Positions 21,695 through 35,095 of a stretch of 64,000 nucleotides of DNA are shown piece by piece. This DNA is from Macrostomum lignano (taxonomy: Eukaryota): the NCBI GenBank assembly GCA_002269645.1, contig NIVC01001680.1, positions 237,545-301,544 of the forward strand. Direction: 5' to 3'. The notes under the pieces were generated by a model. The model was not told the DNA's origin, did no database searches, and saw nothing but the letters and a program-made list of their open reading frames with translations. Each line of letters starts with the position of its first letter. Positions within the stretch are counted from its first letter, which is position 1. Made by a program: the position numbers and the translations under genes.

Positions 21695-24600
21695 TTACCA
21701 CTCGTGATTATCCGAGATGCCAGCAACTTCTCCCGCGGGTCCATCGTCAGAGGACTTAACTACTGACTCAACGGTGTCGGGCGTGGCGTCCTCCTGGCCA
21801 TCTCTGGTCGATAGATGCTCCGTATTGTTTTCAACCTTAAATTTCGACAATAAATGGATTTGTTTAACTAAATTTAAATTTCATTTAATAACGATAATTA
21901 CAAAATGCGTGTCGATTGGCCTCGACGCAAATGAAAACAATAGCTATAAATAAGAAAATATAAACATTAAAAAAGGACCACTGGAATGCGATCAAGAAAG
22001 GGACCCTTCCTTTTCGGAAAACTCCGTGTAAGTGTTTTTATTTAGAAAACTTATTGACAAACTATAAGCAGTTGATTCGACTCTTAATCAATCGCTATAG
22101 CTGCAATCATAAAGAAAAAATTAAAATTACTATACAGGTGTATCTGTTTCGAAAATTCAATCCTTCTTTCTGTTTTTTATCATTCTACTTCAAGAGGTCC
22201 TTGGTTGACAAATCAATTCAACAACAGCTTTGTCTGCACATTGATAAAATTGCCATTTGAAAGCAAATAATCAAAAAAGTTAGCGCTCTTTGCACGATAT
22301 ATTATATGCAAAATTAAATCGAAGCCAGGCAATTACGCTCGTATAGCTAAAGTTCTTTCTTCAAGTCTTTTATTTCTTTTCGAAATTCTATTTTCTGTAA
22401 TGAAGCACGTCGCTATTTCGAACAAATTAATTAGTTTAATTTGAATTTGAAATAACTTCATCTTTATATTAACTTGTGTAGCTGTTTATCAAACTTATAG
22501 TTATTGTACATAACATTAGCATATTAGCAATAGTACATTTCAATAGCTGCGCTTTTTATGCGTACTCCTATTTGTTGAAAAAAACTGTTATTCCTAATGA
22601 AAACTCTCGAGGCCGTCTTATAGCAATTTTTCTTCGTTTTACGCGGTCGTGAATTTAGCTTTGTAAGCGCCAAAAACCAAAAAAGCCGGAAGAAAACGAA
22701 AAAATGTCTGCAAGCGAAATGCATTTGCAACAACTATTAAACTGTTTGAGCTTGGAGCTCAGCAGCGAATATATGTAACTGCCTCAATGCAGCTGAGAAA
22801 TTTTTTATAGAAAATGTGTCTCTGGTAGCGAAGGAAGTACAATATTCAAGGCCAAATGTATTTAGGAGCAAATTTATAGTACTTATAATTTATTGTTTGA
22901 TTTAGATCTTTTTCTACAATTCCAAGATGACTAGTATTTACCTGTATAGGCTCAACAGCATCTCGAAGTTCCTTCTTTGAACTGGCTGATTCAGGGTCCT
23001 TTTGAACTTCCTCCAACTCTTCCTGCTTATCCAAAACTGCTTTAGGATTCTCTTCAGCTTCATCTTCCTTCTCCCCAGCTTCATCCTGCTTCTCAGCTTC
23101 ATCCTGCTTCTCCTCAGCTTCATCCTGCTTCTCTTCAGCTTCATCCTGCTTCTCCTCAGCTTCATCCTGCTTCTCCTCAGCTTCATTCTGCTTCTCCTCA
23201 GCTTCATCCAGCTTCTCCTCAGCTTCATTCTGCTTCTCCTCAGCTTCATTCTGCTTCTCCTCAGCTTCATTCTGCTTCTCCTCAGCTTCATTCTGCTTCT
23301 CCTCAGCTTCATTCTGCTTCTCCTCAGCTTCATCCAGCTTCTCCTCAGCTTCATCCTGCTTCTCTTCAGCTTCATCCTGCTTCTCCTCAGCTTCATCCAG
23401 CTTCTCGTCAGGTTCATCCTGCTTCTCTTCAGCTTCATTCTGCTTCTCCTCAGCTTCATCCAGCTTCTCCTCAGCTTCATCCTGCTTCTCCTGCCCCTCT
23501 CCCTGCTTTTCATCGAGAGCTTTTACTACTTCAAAATCTTCAACATGTGTCACTTCTGTTTCTTGGTTGCTTTCTGACTGACTTCCTTTTATGATGATGA
23601 ATCCAGCGTCTTCACTCCTTGAGCTCTCTTCTTCCATGTCTTCTGGCTTTTCATTAGAAGCGTCTTCTTGCTTCTCTTCAGCAATGTCGTCCTGCTTCTC
23701 TTTAGCAACGTCTTCCGCAACGTCCTCCTTCTCTTCAGCGACTTCTTCCTGCTTCTCTTTAGCAACTTCATCCGGCTTCTCTTCGGGAACATCTTGCTTC
23801 CTCTCAGCAACGCCTTCCGCAGCGTCCTCCTGCTCCTGTACAGCAACGTCTTCCGCAACTTCCTCCTTCTCTTCAGTGACGTCTTCCTTTTCCTGCTTCT
23901 CTTCAGCAACGAAGTCTTGCTTTTCTTCAGCAACGTCTTTCTTCTTTGCTTCCGCAACTTCATCCTGCTTCTTTTCAGCAACCTCTTCCTGCTTCTCTTC
24001 CGTTCCAACGTCTTCCTGCTTTCCTTCAGCTACGTCGTCCTGCTTGTCTTCTGCAACGTCGTCACTCTTCTCTTCAGCAACGTCTTCTTGCTTCTCTTCA
24101 GCAACGTCTTCTTGCTTCTCTTCAGCAACGTCTTCTTGCTTCTCTTCAGCAACGTCTTCCGCAACGTCGTCCTGCTTCTTTCCAGTGACATCTTCCTGCT
24201 TCTCTTCTACAAAGTAATCTTGCTTCTCTTCGGAAACGTCTTCCGCAACATCCTCCTTCTCTTCAGCGACTTCTTCATGATTCTCTTCAGCACCGTGTTT
24301 TTGCTTCTCTTCAGCAACGTCGTCCTGCTTATCTCCAGCGACTTCATCCTGTTTGTCTTCCACAATTTCATCTAGCTTCTCTTCTGCAACGTCTTCCGCA
24401 ATATCCTGCTTCTCTTCAGTGACTTTTTCATGATTCTCTTCAGCAACGTCGTCCTGCTTTTCTTCGGCAACATCTTGCTTCCTCTCAGCAACGACTTCTG
24501 AAACTTCATCCTGCTCCTGTACAGCAAAGTCTTCAGCAACTTCCTCTTTCTCTTCAGTGACGTCTTCCTTTTCCTTCTTCTCTTCAGTGACGTCTTTCTC

Positions 24601-27600
24601 GTCCTGCTTCTCTTCCACAACGTCTTCTTGCTTCTCTTCCACAACATCTTCTTGCTTCTCTTCCACAATGCATTCCTGCTTCTCTTCCGCAACGTCTTCT
24701 TGCTTCTCTTCAGCAACGTCTTCTTGCTTCGTTTCCACAACGTCTTCCTGCTTCTCTTCCGCAACGTCTTCTTGCTTCTTTTCCGCAACGTCTTGTTGCT
24801 TCTCTTCCACAACGCCTTCCTGCTTCTCTTCCGCAACGTCTTCTTGCTTCTCTTCAGCAACGTCGTCCTGCTTCTCTTCGGCAACGTCTTCAGCAATATC
24901 GTCCTGCTTCTCTTCCGCAACGTGTCCCTGTTTCCCCTCAGCAGCGTCGGCCTGCTTCTCTTCCGCAACGTCGTCCTTCTTTTCAGCGAATTTTTCCTGC
25001 TTCTCTTCCACAACGTCTTCTTGCTTCTCTTCAGCAACGTCTTCTTGCTTCTTTTCCGCAACGTCTTGTTGCTTCTCTTCCACAACGCCTTCCTGCTTCT
25101 CTTCCGCAACGTGTCCCTGTTTCCCCTCAGCAGCGTCGGCCTGCTTCTCTTCCGCAACGTCTCCCTGCTTCCCCTCAGCAGCGTCGGCCTGCTTCTTTTC
25201 CGCAACGTCGTCCTTCTTTTCAGCGAATTTTTCCTGCTTCTCTTCCACAACGTCTTCCTGCTTCTCTTCCGCAACGTCTTCTTGCTTCTTTTCCGCAACG
25301 TCTTGTTGCTTCTCTTCCACAACGCCTTCCTGCTTCTCTTCCGCAACGTGTCCCTGGTTCCCCTCAGCAGCGTCGGCCTGCTCCTCTTCCGCAACGTCGT
25401 CCTTCTTTTCAGCGAATTTTTCCTGCTTCTCTTCAGCAACATCTTGCTTTTTATCTGCAGCGTCTTCAGATCTCTCTTCAAGGAATGCGTCTTGCTTCTG
25501 TTCAGCTATGTCTTCCTGCTTATTTTCTGCTACATCTTCAAAATTGTCTTTCTGCTTCTCTACAGAAATGTTTTCTTGTTTCTTTTCAACAACATCTTCA
25601 ACAACAGCTGTCTGTTTATTGTCATCAGAATCTGCTTCTTTCTTCTCCGCTTCCTGCTTTGCACCAACAGTTTTGGCTAAAGTTTCCTCAACAATTAAAT
25701 ATTGGTTATCAACTTGGGAGGAGTTGCCAGACTGCTCAGTGCTGAGCACAGTTTGTGGAGTTTCGATGGGACTGGAAAAGGGGTGAACTGCTGACAACTG
25801 CGAGCCAGCATTGCTTTTGGAGTCTGGGCATTCTGCTTGGGGCTGCAAGCAACGAAAAGGTCGAACGATGGGAATGGATAAAATGATTGGGATATTTTTA
25901 CGAGCGAGCGAACTGATGAAATTCCAATAGACAATGTACACTCAGCAAAATTTTCAAGTTTCCACTTCCAAGTTTCCAATTTGCGTCACAATTCCCAAGC
26001 TTAGGATGGTGAAGAGAGATAGGAGAGTTATGACTAGAGTTGGCCTAAAGCTGCCACTTGTTAACCACAGGTTTCAGGACGAAAACTTTAACATGTTGCT
26101 GAGTATACCATTAGCTAGTAGAAACTCGAATTTCTTAAACCAGATGTAACTAGAATTTTTGCACTACTCGAATCGAAAAACTTTTTAAAAGTGTCTGGAT
26201 TAATTTAATTAATCTTTTAAATCTTTCCAACAAGGCATTTTTGAAAAAAGATTAACTCTACCAATTAAAATGAAACTGTGCCAAAATGCATACAAGTGCA
26301 GACGGAGTGCAGAAGTGTTTGAATTTACCTTGTCTTCATTTGCCTGCTCAGCATCCTTAACGTCTTTAGCTTCTTCATCTTGCGGTCTCTTGTAAGACGA
26401 TTCTGACTCTTGACCGATGCTGTTCTGGTGTTCGCTGACTGCACTGGGCTCAATGTTGGAGTTCTCTTCGGCTTTCTGGAATGAGTCGTGAAGCTGTGTG
26501 ATCAGTGACGAAATCTGTGTGATCAGTGACTAAATCTGTGTGATCAGTGACTAAATCTGTGTGATCAGTGACGAAATCTGTGTGATCAGTGACTAAATCT
26601 GTGTGATCAGTGACGAAATCTGTGTGATCAGTGACGAAGTCTGTGTGATCAGTGACTAAATCTGTGTGATCAGTGACGAAATATGTGTGATCAGTGACGA
26701 AATCTGTGTGATCAGTGACTAAATCTGTGCGATCAGTGACTAAATCTGTGTGATCAGTGACTAAATCTGTGTGATCAGTGACTAAATCTGTGTGATCAGT
26801 GACGAAATATGTGTGATCAGTGACGAAATCTGTGTAATCAGTGACGAAATCTGTGTGATCAGTGACGAAATCTGTGTAATCAGTGACGAAATATGTGTGA
26901 TCAGTGACGAAGTCTGTGTGATCAGTGACGAAATCTGTGTGATCAGTGACGAAATCTGTGTGATCAGTGACGAAATCTGTGTGATCAGTGACGAAATCTG
27001 TGCGATCAGTGACGAAATCTGTGCGATCAGTGACGAAATCTGTGCGATCAGTGACGAAATCTGTGCGATCAGTGACGAAATCTGTGTGATCAGTGACGAA
27101 ATCTGTGTGATCAGTGACGAAATCTGTGCGATCAGTGACGAAATCTGTGTGATCAGTGACGAAATCTGTGTGATCAGGGACGAAATCTGTGCGATCAGTG
27201 ACGAAATCTGTGTGATCAGTGACGAAATCTGTGCGATCAGTGACGAAATCTGTGCGATCAGTGACGAAATCTGTGCGATCAGTGACGAAATCTGTGCGAT
27301 CAGTGACGAAATCTGTGTGATCAGTGACGAAATCTGTGTGATCAGTGACGAAATCTGTGTGATCAGTGATGAAATCTGTGTGATCAGTGACTAAATCTGT
27401 GTGAAATCACCTGTTCGTGAGGCTCTTCGCTGATCGAAGGCGGTCCATTGTCTCCCAAAGCAGATGCAGCTGCAGTCTCGGGTGCATCCTCTTTATTGAT
27501 TTGTACAGCTTCAGGCTCTTGACTAGCCTGTTGATTAAAAAAATTATTTTATATTTTAATTGATACATACATAAAAATTTGCTCCTGAATGAACATGCGG

Positions 27601-30600
27601 TACGTAAATTACTAAAGACATTTACCTTGATCTGTAAGAATTAAGGGAAAATGGAAATTCAACTACCAACAATGTAGCATTAAATTATAAAGATTGAATA
27701 AAATAATGTCCAGTTATGTATAACAAATAGAAGGATAAAGTTGAAGAGTTATTAAACTGGTAAAATTTAGTATACAGAAAATAGCGTTATTGCGCAAGTG
27801 GAGGTGACTCATCACTAATTGTCATGCAATCGAAATGTAGTTCGCACAATACACACGTCAAAAATGTGTGTGCGAAGAAGTGCACATATTTTATACATTT
27901 AGCTAGCTACTCTTTAAAAGTGCATCTTTATATTTCTAAGAAACAGTACGTCGGGATACGAAAACGAAACGAAACTACAAAGACAAAGGACTATGACGGG
28001 ATAGTAATAGACAAATACAGGCAGGCAGTTGCAGCATAGCAACGGCATAGCAACCGCCTAGCAACTGCCTAGCAACTGCTTAATTACAGGTCAGATGAAC
28101 CTTACCTTTTCAGTAATAGTATACTATTTTTGTTTACATACTATGCCCCAACAAGCGAAAATGTTTAGTTTGGGCTTCACTTGGGCGTCACTCCAAGCAG
28201 GTCTGAGCTTAATTGATTCAGTGTCTTAACATTATTTTGCGCTAGAAATTTTGGATTAAGCAACTCATAAAGAATATTCACACCAGTTTGAATGCGAACA
28301 ATGCAATATGCAAATTTCCCCATATTTTTTATTATTCCAAATTTTATTTGTGCTGATTGAGATTTTATCGAAATTATTAAAACAACATAGATTTTAAATT
28401 TAATAATGCTTGCTATTTTCTAATGGGTGGCAATATTAATGTCAATGTCATCTGATTTTTCTATTGATTAATAGTTGTTCAAGACCGCTTCGTCGACGCA
28501 TAAATTTTTTTTCAAGGCAGACCGATCAAATTTTCCGGAATTTGTTTTACTCAGGCGCCTAAAATTGTTTTTTGTGAGAAATTTCATTATTCAATTTTGT
28601 ATACTACTAAAGGTAGTATTGTAGGTTAATGCTTTATTAGCACCTGATTTTACTCGTAAAAATTCTAAAATAGTCCTACAAATAATTTTGTGCGAGTCTA
28701 ATTTCTAATATTTAATCTTCACAACTGTAAACGTGGCGCCACATCCGCACCTGTAAAAGTGGCGTTATCTCTACACCTGTAAAATTAGCGCCATCTCTAC
28801 ACCTATAAAATTAGCGCCATCTCTACACCTGTAAAATTAGCGCCATCTCTACACCTGTAAAATTAGCGCCATCTCTACACCTGTAAAATTAGCGCCATCT
28901 CTACACCTGTAAAATTAGCGCCATCTCTACACCTGTAAAATTAGCGCCATCTCTACACCTGTAAAAGTGGCGCCATCTCTACACCTGGAAAAGTGGCGCC
29001 ATCTCTACACCTGTAAAAGTGGGGCCATCTCTACACCTGTAAAAGTGGCGCCATCTCTACACCTGTAAAATGGGGCCATCTCTACACCTGTAAAATTAGC
29101 GCCATCTCTACACCTGTAAAAGTGGGGCCATCTCTACACCTGTAAAATGGGGCCATCTCTACACCTGTAAAAGTGGCGCCATCTCTACACCTGGAAAAGT
29201 GGCGCCATCTCTACACCTGTAAAAGTGGCGCCATCTCTACATTTGTAAAAGTGGCGCCATCTCTACATTTGTAAAAGTGGCGCCATCTTCACAACTGTAA
29301 AAGAGGCGCCATCTTCACAACTGTAAAAGAGGCGCCATCTCAAAAAAATCTGTAAATCCAGTTTAGACTCGCACAAATATCAACTTTTCACTAATCTTTT
29401 TTGTTTTCAAAAGCAAATTATTGTCTTGAATCTACCTAAAGATTCTGTTATCAGAATCTTGAAGATAATTTTGAAGATCTAGCTAAATCTATCTGATTTT
29501 GTTTTACTGAGTTCCACAACCGGGGCTGACCTTCTGCTTGGCGGCCAGCTTGCGAGTGCCCCAGCCTTTTTGTATTTTCGCGGCCGCGGCCTGCACCTCC
29601 GGGTCATTCAAATCGATGTCAACTACTTCCTCCTGTTCGGCTGCTTTTACAGCCTCGGCTGGCATCGGCTTCGGCTCCGGCTGGCTTTTAGCAGCGGCAG
29701 CAGCCCGCCTGTTACCCCAACCCTTTTGAATTTTTGCGGCCGCGGCCTGCACATCCGGGTCAGTCAGATCGATATCGATCGGTTCCTCGTCGGTCGGCGG
29801 TGCAGATGACGTCACCGCGTCGCCAGCCTTTGACTGCGCGTTGGCCGAAAGTTTTTTGAGATAAAAAGAGAGCACCAATGAAATTTTCCATCATGTTTTT
29901 TGAGAACTATTTTTTCATCTTTTCAGTTTCATATTTGCGAATGATCAGAGCGGACAATCGATTTCTAATTCGTGTTATCTCTGGTGCAATATAACAACTG
30001 TGCTCGAGTGCATTTGCTTTTTTGTTTCGACAAACTTTGGACAAATAAAAAGATAAAAAATCAATTGTAGATGGTAGCATAGAGGTAGCTAATAAGAATA
30101 AATACTGTTGGATTATCAGTTTATGCATCGGCATATCACTGCACATTTAAGAAGGCATAATTTCGTATACTCATGCTGTCACCATAGGAAAGGAATATAC
30201 ATCGAATAATGCACCACATTAATTAGAAAACTTTTTGTTGCCATGCAAGCGGGTCAGTAGAAATGCGTTTGAGTTGGCTAAGAGGAACAGTTGTTTCGAT
30301 AACGGAGAAAACAGTTTTGTTTAAACGCATTGACAGTTTAATTAGAAGGACGCTAAACTCTAGTTTCTTAGAAATGGGCTGCATGGCGCCGGTAAATAAC
30401 GCATGTTTGTTGTACGGCTACACACCTTTAAACCTCCTATTTTGATTAAACTCATTTTCTATTAAAACACGAAAGATCAATTCTACACACTCTTGATTCG
30501 TGACGTGATGCGGCACGTCATTGAGTACTTTTTGGCTCCTTTTGTTCTTGGCTTTCTACTAATTCTTTTTAGATTGTATAACAAGGACCACTAGAAGAAG

Positions 30601-33299
30601 AAGGACGGGACACTTCATTTCTTGGAAAATTTATTAAAGGCTGATTTTCACGGAAAAATGCACTAGCGAGATAGAAACTTTTCACTTTTTTCACTTTAAA
30701 ATGGTGATAGCTTTTTATTGGAAGCAGATACAAAGCTCTTCATTTGATATAGCTTACAAAACATGTTGCTTCATTTGATGTTCCTCTGCGCGTTCTGGAC
30801 GTGGCCTTTTTCTAAAAGAGTCTAACCATGGACTACAAGTTTTTTTCCAAAATACAAAGGGAACTGCTTGAATAGAAAGGGAGTTTGGTGCAAAAGAACT
30901 TCTTTATTGTCTGGATTGAGTTTCGGTCTGTTTGAATTTAATGCCAGTTTGATCAAAATAGGAGGTTAAAAGGTGTAGTACTCTAAAGAAATCAGATTTT
31001 TCCGAATTCGTTGTTGTCGAAACTCCATTCTCTCCAGCATACTGAATGCATTGTTACTAAATGCAACAATTAATGTACATTCCTTACCGCCATTCACCTC
31101 ATTGCTAAGAAAATCGACTGTAGCGTCCTGCTACTGCAGCTATCCATGATTAAACGTGGTCTGTCATCCTCCGATGTCTACCGCCAAGTTTCAGTGAAAT
31201 ATCAATTCGTAATTTCTCGTTTTCTCGACTTCTCGTCTGCACGGCCACTGCCCAAATCGAGTCGAATGCCAACACTCGGACCCCTCAGAGCTCAGGAGCC
31301 ATTCCACTTGGCATTTCCCACTGTCCCACTCAGCTTTGGCAAAAGCCATATTAGATACAGAGTATCAGATTTCACCACTACTACATTCTCCGACTTCCAA
31401 CCGAGAGCCTCACCTCGGGCTGCTCAACTCCGTCATTATCGGCTGAGTCGATTTTAGTCGTTGTCTCTTCCGGTATGCGGCTATCCGGCTCAGCAACACC
31501 GTCTAACAGTTTCTGCAATAAGTTGCAGGATTTTTCCCCATCTCAGTATTGCATTTATACTATTTACCCAATAGTTATAATCCGCTAATTGCTTTGGGTT
31601 AGGAGAGCGATTAAAAAAATTTTTTATTTTGTTTTAACCTCTTCCAATTTGAATCCGCGGCTCAAATTACGAAAAGTTAAAAAATTCCATTTCGATTACT
31701 ATATATTAGTCGTAATATATAATATGTGAAAGTGGGAATGTAGTTAAATATTTTGTGGCTATCATCGAAATCCCTCAATTGGGAATGAAATATGTAGGAC
31801 CTCTGTAAATTATGCTTCTACAAGCTATCAAAGAGACGGGTCAGACTAGAGAGTGAAGCATACTTATTATAAATAAAACTGGTGGCTCTGGGGTTGAGCA
31901 GCTGTCAGCACTGAGTACAGTTTGGTCATTTCTAAGCATAAAGACATTTGGCATTTGTTGGGATTTGTCCATAGGGTTGGTTGGCTGCAAGGGAAGAGTT
32001 GGGAAGGGAACTTCCGCGACAAAAAAATGCAGTATCGATCGATATGAGCAAAAATTAGACCGCTCCGGGGAAGAGGAACAGAGGCCGACTCCAGCCAATG
32101 TCCCTCTCTCTCCCCTTCGATACTCAAAACGCTTCTCCCTCCTCCCCCAAGGCTATTTTGCACTGCACTCCTATTTTGCGCACCGCGGTCCCAGGGGCGG
32201 ACGGGCTGTCCCACTCGCATCGCTGTCGGCATTGGGGGAACAGACGCTGCGTTACAGTAAACGGCCAACCCTATGTTTTTTTAGTCTCTCCTTAGTCCTT
32301 AATTCAGCTTGTGTTTCTCTCACCAGCTGGAGTCTTCCCTGTCACAATAACGGGCTCAAAACCGCGCCAAGAGAAGAGCGTGGGGGGAAGACACACCTCC
32401 CAGCGACGTGGCCTACCTAATTCAATCCGACTCGGTCAGCACGGGGGCTAAACACTCGGGACCTTTAATTCACTGGCCCGCCCCGATCCCCTATCTTTTT
32501 CTAGTCAATTTATCGCCCAGATCCGGGGTCGACGTCCTATACAGAGAATGAAAACTCGCGCATGCGTCGTGGTAAACTACGAGTATCTTGCAGGAACAAA
32601 AATTATGGTCAGTTTGGTGTCAGAGGGAAGTTGCTCAGATGGGATTTAGAAGCAATTGTGGTTAAAACTGTCACTTAAATGCTCCTACATAGCTCACAAC
32701 GGTGAACACTATTATCTCTAGAATTCAACCAGCTATTCTAAACTCAATAAATATTATAATTAGCTCTAATTTACCCTCGTCTTCTCCTCCCGCTCGTGGA
32801 ATTCCCGCCTGGCGTCCGCTTCCATTGTCTGACGCTCGTAGAACCAGTGCGAGAATCTGACAACAGTGTTGGCACTGTTTGGCGGAGAGAACTGTCTTGG
32901 CAGGCTCATGGCTGTCCGCTTCATCTTGCTGCCGCTGTCCGTCGTGGTACCACCGGCTGATCCGTTCTGCCCGGCGTGTTGCGCCAGATACTGCTGCTTC
33001 AACGCGACCCAGCGGTCGGCCGTGTTCGTGTAGTCACTTTTTCTTAGAAAGTCGTACCGAGCCAGCGTGGCCGATTTCTGAATACCGATAGTCGTGTGCC
33101 GGTGCTCCACTGAGTTTGGCGCCGAGGCGTGCAGACTGTGCGCCCGGGCCACGGCGATCACCTCGTTGACTTCGGCGCCGCTGTCTTCGGTGGGTTTGGC
33201 CACGCCGTCGCTTTTGACCTCGCCATCGTTGGCTGCTTTGTCGTTGGGCTTGTCCGCCCGATCCTGCTTCTTGCGCTTACCGAAGCAGCCGAACGGCAT
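21695..33299 (-). CDS. Host GAP-43/Igloo-like calmodulin-binding (IQ) protein with a giant Glu/Asp/Lys repeat exon
   Basis: Phase-0 exons: from 33299 (MPFGCFGKRKK; donors after 33162 or near 32775), 29531-29833 (two DIDLxDPxVQAAAAKIQKGW), 27411-27528, 26330-26493, 22942-25842 (EEKQEDVA and EEKQDEA repeats) and 21695-21835. Joining these into one gene is inferred. Confidence 0.6.
26494..27410. repeat. 21-bp minisatellite (GATCAGTGACGAAATCTGTGT, about 43 copies) filling a whole intron
   Basis: Array runs from the donor GT (27410) to the acceptor AG (26494) on the minus strand. Confidence 0.9.
28735..29340. repeat. 26-bp minisatellite (GGCGCCATCTCTACACCTGTAAAAGT)
   Basis: About 22 visible copies, intronic. 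Confidence 0.9.
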
Positions 33300-35095
33300 T
33301 GCAGCTTTTTAAAGTGTCGCACGCTTGGTTTTCTTTTGCTCGGAGCGATAATTTCTTTTTCAATTCGTGTTCTTCGCTTCTTCTGCGGAGTGAACCGAAG
33401 CAAATCTGCTTTGGCTGTTTAAACTCTCTCTCTCTGCTTCTTCTTCCCTGAGGTTGCGCTTCGGCTTTTCCGTGTTTACCACCTTTTTTCTCTCTTTAAC
33501 TCGGCTATAGTTTGGGGTATGAGGGTACTTTGTTGGCCTCTCTGCCGTACTTAACTCTCAACTGTACCCCCGGTTTTCCCTCGGTCTGCTCCGCTTTTCT
33601 GTTTCTTTGCTCAATGCCTTGAGATCAACGAAAGCTCCAAGTCGCTGGTTGGACGGAGAGGTGGCCGGAGAGGAAAGGGAAGGCAAAAGAGAGTCAGTTG
33701 TGTGTGTGTGTCTGGCTGAGGGCTACTCAAATGCTATGCCAGAAAGGGGATTTGGTGGTAGAACGCGCGCACTGGTATGACTGACGTCCTGGCTTGACTT
33801 GGGGGGGGGATTGTTTGACTCCGCGGGGTGGCGCTTTTATTGCTACAGGAGCCCAGCAAATGAGAGTGGAGAGACGCGTGGGGACAGAGATTGAAGGGAA
33901 GACACGTATTGGGGGTGGGCGAGGGCAAGGAAGAAACTGAAGGCAAGAGAAGGACGCAACCTCAATGCCCGGGGTGGGTTGGCTAAGGCTACAATATCCC
34001 TTTTGGGACTTCCCCATTTCTGGGGATCGCCTCCTCTGTCAGGGATTGGTCTGGAGAGAAGCAATTATTCCATTCAGCTCATGCGCAACTCCCTCAAGCC
34101 CCTCCGTATCTCTTCTCTCTCTTCCTCTCTCTCTCCGCAAACTCTTCTCCAAAGCCCGTTAAAGAGCTCAGTTAAGAGTTTTACTTATATATGAGACAAA
34201 AATCTTAGGAACCACCGAGGGGATTTTTTAGGCCGGGTGAGGCTGTGTCTGGCCGGAGGGGCTGAATGGCCTTCCGGGAGAGGGGAGGGGGTTGAGACAG
34301 GGCCTGAGTACTCCTGAGTACATTTATTACGCGCGCTCCTAAAGCCCGGATTTATGCCACCCCCCTGGACCCAGGCCTTCCCTCTCTCTCTCTCTCTCCC
34401 TCTGTCTCAACCCCCCGGAGCCTAATTCCAAACCTGAAACTGCCAAAGTGCTCCTTCCGACTGTCTCTCACCCGAGAGCCGGCAACCCCCTTACTCCACT
34501 CCCGTTATGCAGGCGGTTTGCCCAAACGTCCTCCCCCCCCCTGCTGCCCCCCAACGACACCGCAACCCTCGCCAAGGCCTGTGTAGATAAGCGAGACTGT
34601 CTGCAGGCTCAGTTGCCGCGCTTCTATAAATCAACCCGATTTAGTTGTGCGGACTAGCTGCCGTCCCTTGCTTAGTGCTCCATGCTGTATACTTATAGCC
34701 TGCGCCAGCTAAGCCTCCTCCTTCCCCGTCTCCCCTTTCCCCATCCTCCAGCCATATTTTTTTCCGTTGCAGGGAACCTTCCTGTTCAGGATATGCAGTC
34801 AGCGCTGAGCCCAACTTCGCATCAACTCGTCCCATGGTTGAGCTAGTAGCTTACAGACTGAGGACTCCGATAAAGGAACGAACGGAGTTTAAAATGAAAA
34901 TTGATGACTATAGACTACATTTTTGCAGAGTACCTTTTGGATGCTAGGGATAGGGAAGGGTATTAGGACGGAGTGGGAATGCTACCTACTCGTAATTATT
35001 CTGCAGGCTTAATTTATTTCAAATACATAATTCCATTCTATGTTTATTTGTCCGTGAAAAACTTTCAGCGTAAATAAACTATGTGTTGTAATGCC

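Noticed and set aside
22938-25786. Overlapping Arg/Ser-, Leu/Phe- and Ser/Cys-rich ORFs
   Set aside because: Shadow frames of the acidic repeat exon.
26494-27410. CRISPR-like array or VISDEIC protein
   Set aside because: Head-to-tail repeats with no unique spacers, eukaryotic intron context and no cas genes. The same applies to the 26-, 33-, 34- and 42-bp arrays.
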